From the NCBI GenBank assembly GCA_963789395.1, contig CAWBKP010000021.1, forward strand, positions 64,001-128,000: a stretch of DNA of 64,000 bases, written 5' to 3'. The number at the start of each line of letters is the position of its first letter. The first letter of the stretch is position 1. Positions 19,075 to 29,830 of the stretch are shown one piece after another. This DNA is from an uncultured delta proteobacterium. Its GTDB lineage: Bacteria; Desulfobacterota; Desulfobacteria; Desulfobacterales; Desulfatirhabdiaceae. Position numbers and translations under genes: made by a program. The notes beneath the pieces were generated by a model that ran no database searches, was not told where the DNA came from, and worked only from the letters and a program-made list of their open reading frames with translations.

Positions 19075-21574
19075 CAGGGGCCCCTGAATCATTTGATTCA
19101 TCTGATTCGTCTGGTTCACCGGATTCATCTACTTCTTCCTCTTTTTCAGCAAGCCTGGCTGCACTGGTGACTTTTTCCGCCGCCTCCATACCGATCAGCT
19201 TGACGCCCTGGGTATTTCGGCTGATGACGGAAACGCCGCGGGTGGGGATTCGGATGAGTTTGCCATTATCTGTCATGAGCATCAGATCGTCGTCTTCTTC
19301 CACCAGAAGAATGGCCACGACATTGCCGTTTCGTTCCGTTGTCTTGATGGTGATGACCCCAAGGCCCCCGCGCTTCTGGACCGGATATTCATCAATGGAA
19401 GTGCGTTTCCCGAAGCCGTTTTCGGTGATGGCGAAAAGGGTCTGGCCGTGACTCAATACCTCCATTCCCACGATCGTATCTCCTTTGCTCAGCCGCATTC
19501 CCCGGACCCCTGCGGCATTTCTGCCCATGGAACGCACATCCGATTCATGAAAACGAATGGATTTGCCGAATGCGGAGCCGAGAAATACATTCAGGGTGCC
19601 GTCGGTGATTTTGGCGGAAATCAGCTCATCGCCTTCAACCAGGGAAATGGCGATAATGCCGGCTGCCCGGGGCCTGCTGAAATCCATTAAATTGGTTTTT
19701 TTCACAACTCCCGAACGGGTTGCCATCATGATGTGATATCCGGGTTCGAATTTGGATACCGCAAGCACGGCAGTCAGACGCTCTTCAGCCTGGAAATTCA
19801 ATAAATTGATGATCGCTTTTCCGCGGCTGGCGCGGCCTGCCTGAGGAATTTCATAGACCTTGCACCAGTAGAGCCGACCCTGATTGGTAAAAAAGAGAAA
19901 CGTATGATGGGTGGATGCCACAAACAGATGTTCCACAAAGTCTTCATCCTTTGTTTCCATCGCTGTTTTGCCTTTTCCGCCGCGGCGCTGGCTGTTATAC
20001 AGCGTAATGGGGTTTCGCTTGATATAACCGGTTTTTGAAATGGTGACCACCATGTCTTCTTCCACGATCATATCTTCAAGCGTAATCTCGCGGGTTTCAT
20101 CCACAATCTGCGTTCGCCGGGGATCGCCGAATTCCGACTGGATTTCGGTCAGCTCGTCCTTGATCAGTTGCAGGATAATCATCTCGCTGCCCAGAATCTG
20201 CTTGAACCAGTCAATGTCTTTCAGCGTCTTCTGGTATTCTTCGATGATTTTTTCCTGCTCCAGGCCCGTAAGCCGCTGCAGCCGCATGTCCAGGATGGCC
20301 TGGGCCTGAATCGGCGAAAGGGCAAAGGCGTCGATGAGGCGCGTTTTGGCCTCTGCAGGAGACGGGGACTGGCGGATCAGGCTGACCACGGCATCCAGAT
20401 TGTCGAGGGCGATTTTCAGCCCTTCCAGGATATGGGCCCGGTCTTCGGCTTTTTTCAGGTCGAACTGGGTTCTTCGGATGATGATCTGTTTGCGGTGCCG
20501 GATGAAATATTCCAGGATTTCCTTCAGGGTCAGCAGTTCCGGACGGTTGTTTACGACCGCCAGCAAAATAATGCCGAAACTGCTTTCCATCCGGGTGTGT
20601 TTATAGAGCTGGTTGATGATGACTTCGGCGGCCTGGTCTTTTTTAAGCCCCATGGCGATCCGCATGCCGTCCCGGTCCGATTCGTCCCGGATGAACCGGA
20701 TGCCTTCGATCTGCTTATCCCGGATCAGCTCGGCGATAAATTCAATGAGCTTGGCCTTGTTGACCTGGTAGGGAAGCTCGGTTACCACGATGGTTTCGCT
20801 GCCGGTTTTCTTGTCCTTTTCAACCAGGGTTCTGGCCCGCATCCGGATGATTCCCCGACCGGTCCGGTAAGCATCATGGATTCCGGTTTTTCCGTAGATA
20901 AAACCGGCGGTCGGAAAATCCGGTCCCGGGATGATGGAGATGAGCTCTTCAAAGCTGAGGCCCGGGTTGTCGATAATGGCCTTGATGGCCTCGATGGTTT
21001 CATTCAGGTTGTGGGGCGGAATGTTGGTTGCCATGCCGACCGCAATGCCGGAGGAGCCGTTGATGATCAGATTGGGGATCTTGGCCGGCAGAACCGATGG
21101 TTCCGAGAGCGATTCATCATAGTTGGGAACGTAATTGACCGTATCCTTTTCAAGATCGTCCAGCATATGATGGGCCAGGCGTTTCATGCGGATTTCCGTA
21201 TACCGCATGGCTGCCGGGGGATCGCCGTCAATGGAGCCGAAATTTCCCTGCCCGTCCACCAGGGGGTATCTCAGGGAAAAATCCTGGGCCATGCGGACGA
21301 TGGTGTCGTATACGGCGGTATCCCCGTGAGGATGGTATTTACCGATGACATCGCCGACGATGCGGGCGGATTTCTTGTAAGGCTTGTTCCAGTCGTTGCT
21401 CAGTTCGTGCATGGCAAAGAGCACGCGGCGGTGAACCGGCTTGAGGCCATCGCGGACATCCGGAAGGGCCCTGCCGATGATGACGCTCATGGCATAATCG
21501 AGATAGGATTTTTTCATTTCGCTATCGATGCGAATGTCAGGGCGAATATCGGGAATTTTTTCGATCTCTGTCAT
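19061..21574 (-). CDS. gyrA: DNA gyrase subunit A
   Basis: [25 protein letters not shown], GyrA-box QRRGGKG, acidic tail. Confidence 0.98.
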   Translation of the reverse strand: MTEIEKIPDIRPDIRIDSEMKKSYLDYAMSVIIGRALPDVRDGLKPVHRRVLFAMHELSNDWNKPYKKSARIVGDVIGKYHPHGDTAVYDTIVRMAQDFSLRYPLVDGQGNFGSIDGDPPAAMRYTEIRMKRLAHHMLDDLEKDTVNYVPNYDESLSEPSVLPAKIPNLIINGSSGIAVGMATNIPPHNLNETIEAIKAIIDNPGLSFEELISIIPGPDFPTAGFIYGKTGIHDAYRTGRGIIRMRARTLVEKDKKTGSETIVVTELPYQVNKAKLIEFIAELIRDKQIEGIRFIRDESDRDGMRIAMGLKKDQAAEVIINQLYKHTRMESSFGIILLAVVNNRPELLTLKEILEYFIRHRKQIIIRRTQFDLKKAEDRAHILEGLKIALDNLDAVVSLIRQSPSPAEAKTRLIDAFALSPIQAQAILDMRLQRLTGLEQEKIIEEYQKTLKDIDWFKQILGSEMIILQLIKDELTEIQSEFGDPRRTQIVDETREITLEDMIVEEDMVVTISKTGYIKRNPITLYNSQRRGGKGKTAMETKDEDFVEHLFVASTHHTFLFFTNQGRLYWCKVYEIPQAGRASRGKAIINLLNFQAEERLTAVLAVSKFEPGYHIMMATRSGVVKKTNLMDFSRPRAAGIIAISLVEGDELISAKITDGTLNVFLGSAFGKSIRFHESDVRSMGRNAAGVRGMRLSKGDTIVGMEVLSHGQTLFAITENGFGKRTSIDEYPVQKRGGLGVITIKTTERNGNVVAILLVEEDDDLMLMTDNGKLIRIPTRGVSVISRNTQGVKLIGMEAAEKVTSAARLAEKEEEVDESGEPDESDESNDSGAPVESP

Positions 21575-21579
21575 GTTAA

Positions 21580-22665
21580 CTACCTTATCGTTTCAATACA
21601 GTTGTTTTCTATCAGAAATTGATACCTCGTGTGATAAATATCGGTCAGGGTTAAAAAGGCGGTGACCACCAGCGGGCCGTAAATGATCCCGAGGATACCA
21701 AACAGTTTTATGCCGCCCATGATGGATAGAAATACGAGCAGGGTGTGCATGTTAACCCGGTGGCCCACGAGTTTTGGCTTGAAAATGTACTCCATGATCA
21801 CCGAAAGCACCAGATAAAAAATCACAAAAAAAATCCCTGCGGCAAACTTGCCCATCAAATACAGATAAATTGCAGCAGGAATAAACACAATGCCGGTACC
21901 GATTATCGGAAGAAAGGCGACCAGGGACATGATCACTCCCCAGAGAACCGGAGATTTCAACCCGAAAAGCGAAAAGAGAATGCCGCCTGCAATGCCTTGA
22001 ATGAGTCCGCTCAGGCCATTGCCGATCAGTATCGCTCCTGCCATGTCTTTGAATTTCTGAATCAGTTTTTCGTCCTGATCATTTGGCAGGGGTGAAAAAT
22101 CGATAACAAACGCAACCAGCTTATGGCCGTCAACCAGAAAATAATAGATGAACATCAGCATGAAAAAGAAATAAAATAAAAAATTCAAAATGTTGGATGC
22201 TATCGCGCTTGCCTGCTGATAGAGAAAAAGCCCGACGACTTTCCCCATCTCGGATACGGCCTTGTTGACTTCATCTCCTGTCAGAACATAATTGAATCTG
22301 GATAAAAACTGGTTGGCCCGTTCGATGAGCCGGTTATTGGCCAGAAGTGCTTCCATCTGGTCGCTGATGGCTGCGGTTTTCCCCATCTGATACAGGCCAT
22401 ATGCTTCCTGGGACAGGGCGCCGACAAAATACACCATCGGAACAAAGAGAATCAGAAATATCAGCATGCAGGTCAGCAGTGATGATAGCGGGGGGGGGGC
22501 ATGTCTGTTGAAAAAACGGAAAACACCACTAAAGACGCTGGTAACGACAGCGGCGAGAACAATAACGGACAGAAACGGCCACAGAAGCCATCCCAGCATC
22601 AGCGCGGAGAGCAGGAAGATTGCCAGAAAGTACCACAGCTTCATTCTGTTGGCTGGATCGTTCAT
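21580..22665 (-). CDS. AI-2E family transporter
   Basis: Multi-TM protein with YYFLVDG, FLPIIGT, KPKLVG, GIIYGP; start chosen at MNDP (22665). Confidence 0.88.
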   Translation of the reverse strand: MNDPANRMKLWYFLAIFLLSALMLGWLLWPFLSVIVLAAVVTSVFSGVFRFFNRHAPPPLSSLLTCMLIFLILFVPMVYFVGALSQEAYGLYQMGKTAAISDQMEALLANNRLIERANQFLSRFNYVLTGDEVNKAVSEMGKVVGLFLYQQASAIASNILNFLFYFFFMLMFIYYFLVDGHKLVAFVIDFSPLPNDQDEKLIQKFKDMAGAILIGNGLSGLIQGIAGGILFSLFGLKSPVLWGVIMSLVAFLPIIGTGIVFIPAAIYLYLMGKFAAGIFFVIFYLVLSVIMEYIFKPKLVGHRVNMHTLLVFLSIMGGIKLFGILGIIYGPLVVTAFLTLTDIYHTRYQFLIENNCIETIR

Positions 22666-22759
22666 GGAAGGATTGCATTCTGTGAAATGGGTTAACCGTT
22701 GATGATTATAATCCGGGCTTTTCCACTGGTCCCAAAATGAAAAACGTGGAAGCCAGCTG

Positions 22760-22807
22760 AAAAAAACGTCAGAGCCCCGAAATGTATTCAAATCGCATTT
22801 CGGGGCT
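22760..22807 (-). terminator. Probable intrinsic terminator of the small membrane-protein gene
   Basis: Perfect 12-bp stem AGCCCCGAAATG/CATTTCGGGGCT, followed on the minus strand by a T7 run after 6 nt. Confidence 0.6.
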
Positions 22808-22852
22808 GAAAATCAAGATAGGATCAGGTAAAAATGAATTGTCTGGAGATTG

Positions 22853-23008
22853 TTACTTGCTGACAAATCCTCCGGCAACAAGCAGGAGCAGTACTTCGTA
22901 AATGGCAACCGGTGTATAACTGTGGAAAAAACCATAAATAATACCGCCGCCGATAATTGCCGGAACCCCGCAAAATACCAATATCCCCAGTTTTCTGCTA
23001 ATATCCAT
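22853..23008 (-). CDS. 51-aa two-TM small membrane protein (absent from ORF track)
   Basis: Read manually: MDISRKLGILVFCGVPAIIGGGIIYGFFHSYTPVAIYEVLLLLVAGGFVSK*; RBS AGGAGA upstream; downstream hairpin. Confidence 0.75.
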   Translation of the reverse strand: MDISRKLGILVFCGVPAIIGGGIIYGFFHSYTPVAIYEVLLLLVAGGFVSK

Positions 23009-23115
23009 CTGCTGTCTCCTAGTGGGTCAATTGTCGGATGTTAGAAGTCAAAAAACACAGATCAGCAACTGGGTATTCTTACCAATAACTACCGAACAAG
23101 TAAAGAAAAAAATGA

Positions 23116-24402
23116 TTATCGCTCCACAATCATGGCCATTCCCATACCGCCGCCGATGCACATGGTAAACAGGCCGGTCTGGTATCCTTTGCGCTGCATC
23201 TGATACATGCCGGTAACAACCTGCCTGGCGCCGGTGCAGCCGATGGGGTGACCCAGAGAAATGCCGCTTCCCAGTTCATTCGGCCGGTCATTTTCAATTG
23301 CCAGCTCCCGCATGCAGCCGATGGCCTGAGCGGCAAAGGCTTCGTTCAGCTCGATCATGTCGATGTTCTTTAATGCCATGCCGGTGGATTTCAACACTTT
23401 CCGAACCGCGGGAACCGGTCCCAGCCCCATATAGGCCGGATCCAGGCCGCCGGCTGCAAAGCCCTTGATCCGGATGATGGGCTCAAGGCCCAAGTCTTTG
23501 GCTTTTTCGGCACTCATCATCAGAACAGCGGCAGCGGCGTCATTGATGCCGGAAGCATTTCCCGCAGTGACGGAACCGTCTTTTTTAAATGCCGGCCGGA
23601 GTTTGGCCATTTTTTCCAGGCTGGTTTCCATGGGCCGCTCATCCGTATCGAAAACGATGTCGCCTTTTCGGGATGCGATTGTGACCGGTACGATTTCCTT
23701 GGCAAAGATACCTCCCTTTATGGCAGCCATGGCCCGGTTATGGCTTAATACGCCCAGTTCATCCTGCTCCTGGCGGCTGATGCCGTACATTGAGGCGATG
23801 TTCTCTGCGGTCAGTCCCATATGATATCCATAGAATATCTCGAACAGCCCGTCAAATACCATCAAATCGGTAATTTCACCCTTTCCGGTCAGCTCCATAC
23901 GATGTCCCCAGCGGGCTTTGGGAAGAGCCATGGGTGCAAGACTCATGTTTTCCTGACCACCGGCCAGAATCACATCCGCCTGGCCGCTCATGATGGAAGC
24001 AGCTCCCATAGCAATGGCCTTTAAGCCAGAACCGCAGATCTTGTTGATGGTGACCGCAGGGGTCTCCTTGGGTAGCCCTGCCCGGATCATGGCCTGTCTG
24101 GCCGTGTTCTGTCCCTGAGCTGCCTGAAGCACATTCCCCATGATGACTTCATCAATGGCAATCGGGACGGCCTTGTCATCCCAGGAACAGGCCTTTTTTT
24201 CAAGCTCGATCAATCCCTGGTCTTTTAACTTATCCGGCGCATTGGCTTTCATGGCGTCATCTGCTATCGGCCGCAGGCATGCCTTCTTTAAAACATCTTT
24301 CATCACCACCGCGCCAAGTTCGACAACCGGAACATTCATCAAGGCTCCGCCAAAATTTCCGATGGCAGTCCGGGAACCACTGACAATCACCACTTCTCTC
24401 AT
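23116..24402 (-). CDS. Acetyl-CoA C-acetyltransferase (thiolase)
   Basis: INKICGSG catalytic Cys, NASGINDAAA, NEAFA, GHPIGCTG, CIGGGMG; RBS GGAGGA before MREVV. Confidence 0.95.
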   Translation of the reverse strand: MREVVIVSGSRTAIGNFGGALMNVPVVELGAVVMKDVLKKACLRPIADDAMKANAPDKLKDQGLIELEKKACSWDDKAVPIAIDEVIMGNVLQAAQGQNTARQAMIRAGLPKETPAVTINKICGSGLKAIAMGAASIMSGQADVILAGGQENMSLAPMALPKARWGHRMELTGKGEITDLMVFDGLFEIFYGYHMGLTAENIASMYGISRQEQDELGVLSHNRAMAAIKGGIFAKEIVPVTIASRKGDIVFDTDERPMETSLEKMAKLRPAFKKDGSVTAGNASGINDAAAAVLMMSAEKAKDLGLEPIIRIKGFAAGGLDPAYMGLGPVPAVRKVLKSTGMALKNIDMIELNEAFAAQAIGCMRELAIENDRPNELGSGISLGHPIGCTGARQVVTGMYQMQRKGYQTGLFTMCIGGGMGMAMIVER

Positions 24403-24480
24403 TGAAATATCCTCCATAACGAAATATGATTATAAATGCCGTACAATTAAATCGTGCCTGATCAAAAAGTCTGATCGGGA

Positions 24481-24540
24481 AAAATCCGAATAACAAAATC
24501 CGAAACAAAAGCAATTCAAATGTCAAAAAGACTGAAGTCA
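24481..24540. repeat. Heptamer element family (copy B, single arm)
   Basis: AAATCCG AATAACA AAATCCG AAACAAA AGCAATT CAAATGT CAAAAAG ACTGAAGTCA; its reverse complement aligns with 29725-29770. Confidence 0.75.
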
Positions 24541-24638
24541 TTCGTTTGTGAAATGGGGAATTCGTTTTACGGGCATGACCTGTCTTGATTGATCGATAAA
24601 GATATCACAAATCATTTTACTGGGTCAATGGTGAGTTC

Positions 24639-25410
24639 ATGTGTTTGATTCTTCTGGCCTATGACGTCCATCCGGAATACCGCCTCATTCTGGCCGCCAA
24701 TCGCGACGAGTTCTATGACCGTCCCGCCCTGCCCATGGCGTTCTGGGAAGATCACCCGGATATTCTGGCAGGTAGGGATTTAAAAGGCGGCGGAACCTGG
24801 CTGGGCATATCCCGATCCGGCAGATTTTCAGCCATCACCAATTACCGGGAACCCGGCGGTCCCAAACCCGATGCCCCCTCACGCGGTCATCTGGTGAGCG
24901 CCTTTCTTTCTGGAGACAGTTCTTCTCAAACCTATTTTGAGGGAGTTTCAGACTGTCGGCCAGAGCTACAGTGGATTCAACCTGATCGTCGGGGATGCAT
25001 CCGGTCTGTTTTACTATTCCAATCGGGGGCACGGAATCCACCGGCTTCCCCCCGGATGGTACGGCCTGAGCAACCATCTGCTTAACACGCCCTGGCCGAA
25101 AGTGGGAAAAGGGATTGTCTTGCTGAAATCAGCGGTTTTAAATGCGGGTCCCGTGAGGATTGACCCGATCTTTCAACTTCTGAAAAACCGCGAGACTCCG
25201 CCGGATGACAGGCTCCCGGATACAGGCGTAGGCATTGCATGGGAGCGGATCCTTTCTCCGATTTTTATCCAGAGCCCAGGATACGGCACGAGGTCATCGT
25301 CGGTAATGTTGATCAATAGAAATGGAAGGGCGCTGGTAGCAGAGCAAATATTTGATGCTGGATTTGATCCGGAACTACATCCACCGCAGGTGCGATCTTT
25401 TCAACTTTGA
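24639..25410 (+). CDS. NRDE/TANGO2-family protein; probable sequencing frameshift at TTT 24946-48
   Basis: MCLILL...AANRDEFYDRP, GGTWLG, SRGHLV in the first ORF; GFNLIVGD, LSNHLLNTPWPK, YGTRSS in the second. Confidence 0.9.
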
Positions 25411-25479
25411 ACCAATGTCTGTGATTAAAACAAAACGCCTCTGTTGCGCCCTTCACTTTGATTTTATGCGGCTGCGCAG

Positions 25480-25778
25480 GGATACAGAATTCAGGAGTCA
25501 GTATTCAGAATGGCCCGCATGTAAACTTCGAGCCTTTCAAATAACTTCCCCGAAGTTATTTTCTGATACAGCGCCGCGAAGCGGCGTAAACCAGCTTTTT
25601 ACTGACTGCTTCAATCAGGCAGGTTGGTTCAGCAACATCATCACAGGCAAGATCATGGACAAGTATCAAATTGCGTTTCGATTCTTCGAGTGGTCCTTGG
25701 GCGATATTGATAGAACGGTTTGGCTGAATTTCTCATTCTGGCTCCTGAATTCTGGATCCTGAATACCTGAGTAGTTAC
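25480..25778. mobile_element. MITE-like non-coding element with heptamer-periodic (CAGAATT/CAGGAGC) inverted arms
   Basis: 25480-25501 matches the reverse complement of 25738-25759 at 20/22; two perfect internal hairpins; right end CTGAGTAGTTAC; lies between convergent genes. Confidence 0.6.
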
Positions 25779-25782
25779 GATA

Positions 25783-27417
25783 TTATATTGACACAGCCTG
25801 AAAATTACAATTCTGTAACCGCTTTTTGATCTGATCTGTCAGCAACCGGGCATCAAAAGGGGCCGCTGTCTTGGTGTCAATTTCAAGCGTATGAAGCCTT
25901 TCGTTTTCGCTCAGAGGCTGCCGGTTGCGGAGCTGGTGCTCCAGTACGGCCAGATCCGCATCGGATACGTTCTTCGGCCGTTCGATGATCCGGCGCCGGA
26001 GTGTTTCGGAAGGTGCCGTACATTCCAGAATGAGAAACGGAACCTGTTTTGTGGCTGCCAGCAGTTTAAATTGCTGCCGCTGATCGGCTTTAAGAAATGC
26101 GGCGTCAACAATCACCGGATATCCCGCATTCAGTATCTGGCCGGCAAGTACATGGAGTTTTTTATAAGTTTTCTCCGTGGCTTCGTCGGTATATATCCCT
26201 TTTCCGGTGGCCGCATGGCAGCTGTCTTCCGGTTTCACGCCATAGATTCTTTTGCGTTCGACATCGGAGCGGATTCGGATCACCCCCAGATGCTCAAGGA
26301 TTAACTGGCTCAGCGTGCTTTTTCCCGATGCCGACAGTCCGTGGGTAATGATCAATTTGGGGTTGCCCGGACTGGCATAACGCTGTGCAAGCTGCAGGTA
26401 GCCGCAACAATCCTTTTCAGCTTCAGCGCGAAGCTTTTTGTTGACGCCGGGCTGCCTTGAAAGAATGGCATTCACCTTTGCGCGCACCAATGCCCTGTAT
26501 GTCAGATAAAACGGAAGAATGCGAAGGCCGCTATAATCGCCGGTATTTTCCAGGTACAGATTTATGAATCGCTGAGCCAATTGGGGCTGATGCCGATCCT
26601 GAAGGTCCATGACCAAAAACGCAGCATCACTGATGACATCGATCCACCTGAGATCGGGATTGAACTCGATGCAGTCAAACACGACCGGGGCATCGCCAAT
26701 CCAGGCAAGATTCCGCAGGTGAAGGTCGCCATGGCATTCCCGGACGTATCCTTCGGATTTGCGTCGCACAAAGACCGGCTCCAGCGCATGTAATCCGGCC
26801 CGGGTCCAGTCTTCCAGTTTGGCAAGCGGTTCCGGCACTTTCCATTCAGGAAGATGCCCGCGGATCTGAATAAAATTTTCCAGGGCCGGCTTTTGGATAT
26901 GATCCAGGTTCCCGAAGCTGCTGTCTGTTCCGGCAACGGCGATCTGCTGATGGAACTGTGCGATAAGACGGGCAAACGCATCAATGTGATTTGGGTGCAG
27001 TTTTCCGCCGGCAAGAGCCCGATCCAGCTGGGACTCCTGCGGAAACTGCACCATTTTGACGGCGTACTCGATAACTTTGCCGTCTCCGGTCCATTTCGGT
27101 CGTTCGGGCGAGCCGTAAACAGGAGCCAGTCCCAGGTAAATTTCAGGCGCCAGCCTCCGGTTCAGCCGCACCTCCTCTTCACTGCAAAATCGTCGTTTTT
27201 CAAGGGTGGAAAAATCGAGAAAATCCAGATTGACGGGTTTTTTGATCTTATAGGCAATTGTTCCGGTCAAAATAACCCATGATGCATGGGTTTCGATGAG
27301 CTCACATTTTGTCACGGGATGATCATAACTGTCCGGCTTCATCAATGCTGCAATCAGGGCAGGAAGCGGCGTTTTGCAGGAAGGATTCTGCTCCCGGAGA
27401 TTGGCTGTTTGGTTCAT
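25783..27417 (-). CDS. Bifunctional APH-like phosphotransferase / AAA_33 P-loop kinase
   Basis: IETHASWVIL, YKIKKPV, ECHGDLHLRN, FDCIEFN; C-terminal GLSASGKST, IRSDVERK, VDAAF, SDAD. Confidence 0.9.
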   Translation of the reverse strand: MNQTANLREQNPSCKTPLPALIAALMKPDSYDHPVTKCELIETHASWVILTGTIAYKIKKPVNLDFLDFSTLEKRRFCSEEEVRLNRRLAPEIYLGLAPVYGSPERPKWTGDGKVIEYAVKMVQFPQESQLDRALAGGKLHPNHIDAFARLIAQFHQQIAVAGTDSSFGNLDHIQKPALENFIQIRGHLPEWKVPEPLAKLEDWTRAGLHALEPVFVRRKSEGYVRECHGDLHLRNLAWIGDAPVVFDCIEFNPDLRWIDVISDAAFLVMDLQDRHQPQLAQRFINLYLENTGDYSGLRILPFYLTYRALVRAKVNAILSRQPGVNKKLRAEAEKDCCGYLQLAQRYASPGNPKLIITHGLSASGKSTLSQLILEHLGVIRIRSDVERKRIYGVKPEDSCHAATGKGIYTDEATEKTYKKLHVLAGQILNAGYPVIVDAAFLKADQRQQFKLLAATKQVPFLILECTAPSETLRRRIIERPKNVSDADLAVLEHQLRNRQPLSENERLHTLEIDTKTAAPFDARLLTDQIKKRLQNCNFQAVSI

Positions 27418-27421
27418 TGCG

Positions 27422-28706
27422 TTATCGGCAAGCCTGCAGATACGGTTTTAAGGCATTCTGGATGCGGCGCTTAATGAGAGCTCGCGGATCGGGTTCAAGA
27501 GCGCCGCACGCAATTTCCGGATAGAGGTCGGGAAAAAACTGCCGCAGAAGGGCGTCCGGGATGGGGCGTTTCAGGTTGCGGATCAGGCGTTCAAATGCGG
27601 CTGTTGCCTCGGGATATGCCCAGTAATACCGGATGCGGTCACGGTAACTGAAATTTTGCAGAAAACCAATCGTTTCTGGCGGGAATTGCTGGTAATGGGA
27701 CTGCCAGTAACGGGGATGGACATCCATCAGGGTTTTCATTATCTGGCGCAGATTCGAGTGGAGATGGATAACGGGCCATGCCTCCTCAATGTATGTCAGT
27801 GCGTAAACCGCTTCGCGGAAGGCAAAGGTCAGGCAGGGGCCTGTCTTCAGAAGGATAAAATGATCCTGAACCATCTGCTTCAGTGCTTTCGGGGTCTGAT
27901 AATCCGCGGCGTGAATTTCAAACGTCATCAAGCCCGGCAAGCTGGCATGATATGCAGCCAGTGCTGCTGAACGATCCCGGTCATAACCGGCGATCACCCT
28001 ATCGCCGAATTCCACACCGGGCTGAACCACCACAGCCACCACCCGCTCCCAGGCCGACGACAGTCCGGCATCCTGAAAAGCCTGTTCATAAAGCTTCAAG
28101 GATACAAACAGGCTGTCCGGATCGGTTAGGGTCAGAGGACAGTCATCTTCCAGACCGCCGCCAGGTGGCGGTACCTCATTTCCGATCACGTATAGCGGCA
28201 TGTCCTGATCGCTGAGATCGCCTGCAGCCGCTTCAGCCGCCTGGCAAAGTGTCGCAGCCCTTCTGGCGGCGATTTCCGGAGGCAGGATAATGCCCGGGTC
28301 ATCGGCGCAGCGCATCCCTGTATCCAGATGAATTTTGCGAAACCCCGCGGCCACACAACGGGATGCCAGTTCAGCAGCGTTTGCCATCGCGCTTGCAGCG
28401 CTTTCTTTCCGCCACACCTGGGGCCCCAAGTGATCGGCGCCAATGATGATCTGATCAAACGAAAGGCCCATGGATTCGGCAAAGCCGGCGGATAAGGGCT
28501 GAAAAATCGGCGGGAGTCATGCCTGTGTAGCCGCCGGACTGGTTTACCTGGTTGGCAGTGGCCTCAACGAGCAGGGGGCGGGTCTCCGCAGCGGCCAGTT
28601 CCATGGCAGCTTCAAGGACCATCGGGTGCGACGAGCACACTGCGACCATGCCACCAATCATACCGCTTAAATGGCGTTTTCGCAGATCGAACAGGGGATT
28701 TGCCAT
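27422..28706 (-). CDS. GatZ/KbaZ-family protein (tagatose-bisphosphate aldolase non-catalytic subunit / tagatose-6-P 4-epimerase family); frameshift at about 28482
   Basis: VCSSHPMVLEAA, EATANQVNQSGGYTGMTP, DHLGP, KIHLD, VVQPGVEF, SYRDRIRYYW. Removing one T joins the two ORFs. Confidence 0.88.
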
Positions 28707-28719
28707 GGCTTTGCCGCGC

Positions 28720-29034
28720 TCATTTGATAAACGAGCAGCAATAATCCGTGATGCTTTTGACCTTCAGATCAAAACCGGACTGGGCAGGCACTTCAAATGC
28801 GTCACCGCCTTTGACCGGCTTCCAACCGTCTGCTCCGGGCAGCAGCACCTCCAGGTCACCGGAAAGAATCTCCATAAGTTCTTTGTCTGCGGTGTTGAAG
28901 TGATAGTCTCCGGGCAGCATGATCCCCAGCGTCTTTCTGGAACCGTCAGGAAAAATAAGGGTGCGGCTGGTGACGTTGCCGTCAAAGTAAACATTGGCTT
29001 TTTTGATGATGCTGATATGGTTGAATTCCGACAT
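28720..29034 (-). CDS. ppnP: Pyrimidine/purine nucleoside phosphorylase (DUF1255)
   Basis: [39 protein letters not shown] before MSEF. Confidence 0.92.
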   Translation of the reverse strand: MSEFNHISIIKKANVYFDGNVTSRTLIFPDGSRKTLGIMLPGDYHFNTADKELMEILSGDLEVLLPGADGWKPVKGGDAFEVPAQSGFDLKVKSITDYCCSFIK

Positions 29035-29470
29035 GATCCGTTCCTTTTTACGCTGAAATGATTTGGTTTTGTGACCTGACCGGCAAGATAGAAACCGCCG
29101 CGAATGCCAATCCATGTCAGGCAAATCGCCACTTCCGGTATATCAATGTGGTCCGGTAGGACTGAACACGCCGTAACCAAACATGTTCGACCCATCATTG
29201 ACACAAGTTTCCCCAAAAAACAAGAAAGGAGCAATGTGGAATTCTTTTGGAGCATCGAGTGATTAGAAAACCCTTGATAGAAATAGTATTCTGCAATATT
29301 AGAGAACTGGAAATTGATGCGTTTTCAGCTGTCAATTGTCTGCATGGTTGAAATGAAATAAAGATTGACAGAAGATTCAGATGTAGTTTAGAAAATTCAG
29401 GGTATAAACGAATGTAAATACAAATAATCCAAATCAGCATCTCAGACATAACCGATTTTTTCATATTATC

Positions 29471-29601
29471 GAGCCGCTTGTAAAAGTGCCGTTGTTCGTC
29501 ATCCCGGTGAAAACCGGGGTTCAGAAGCCTTTAAGTTCGCTGGATACAGGCTTTTGCCAGTATGACGGAAGCGGCAAATTGAAGGCTTTTGCAAGAGGCT
29601 C
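29471..29601. mobile_element. MITE-like element with 16-bp imperfect terminal inverted repeats enclosing a GTCAT...ATGAC REP-like palindrome
   Basis: GAGCCGCTTGTAAAAG vs reverse complement GAGCCTCTTGCAAAAG (14/16); internal GTCATCCCGGTGAAAACCGGGGTTCAG...CTGGATACAGGCTTTTGCCAGTATGAC. Confidence 0.7.
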
Positions 29602-29724
29602 AATCGCTTAACAGCTCTTCAAGAGCGGGATTCTCATAATAATCACACAATGATTAACTCGATACGCCGATCAAATTACCAAAAATCTCAATGCCAATAA
29701 CGGTGCGTTTTCAACTGAAAGTTT

Positions 29725-29770
29725 TGACTTCAGAATTTTGAATTTGTTTCGGATTTTGATATTCGAACTT
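29725..29770. repeat. Heptamer element family (copy C, single arm)
   Basis: 29737-29770 is 31/34 identical to 14922-14955. Confidence 0.85.
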
Positions 29771-29830
29771 TCCCTGAACGTCTTTTCAGCTCAAGTACCA
29801 ATTCGGATGATAAAATAATAGGGGTGATAT

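Noticed and set aside
20168..21622. 484-aa antisense ORF opposite gyrA
   Set aside because: Same codon-bias artefact; gyrA fully explains the region.
22490..22499. G10 tract in the AI-2E gene as a phase-variation switch
   Set aside because: It is in frame and encodes a Pro run; there is no evidence of variation from a single sequence.
25352..25762. 136-aa ORF across the MITE-like element
   Set aside because: No RBS or family motifs; it is read through inverted repeats and hairpins.
29195..29464. 89-aa ORF in the AT-rich intergenic region
   Set aside because: No RBS, atypical composition; the region is more likely a divergent promoter area.
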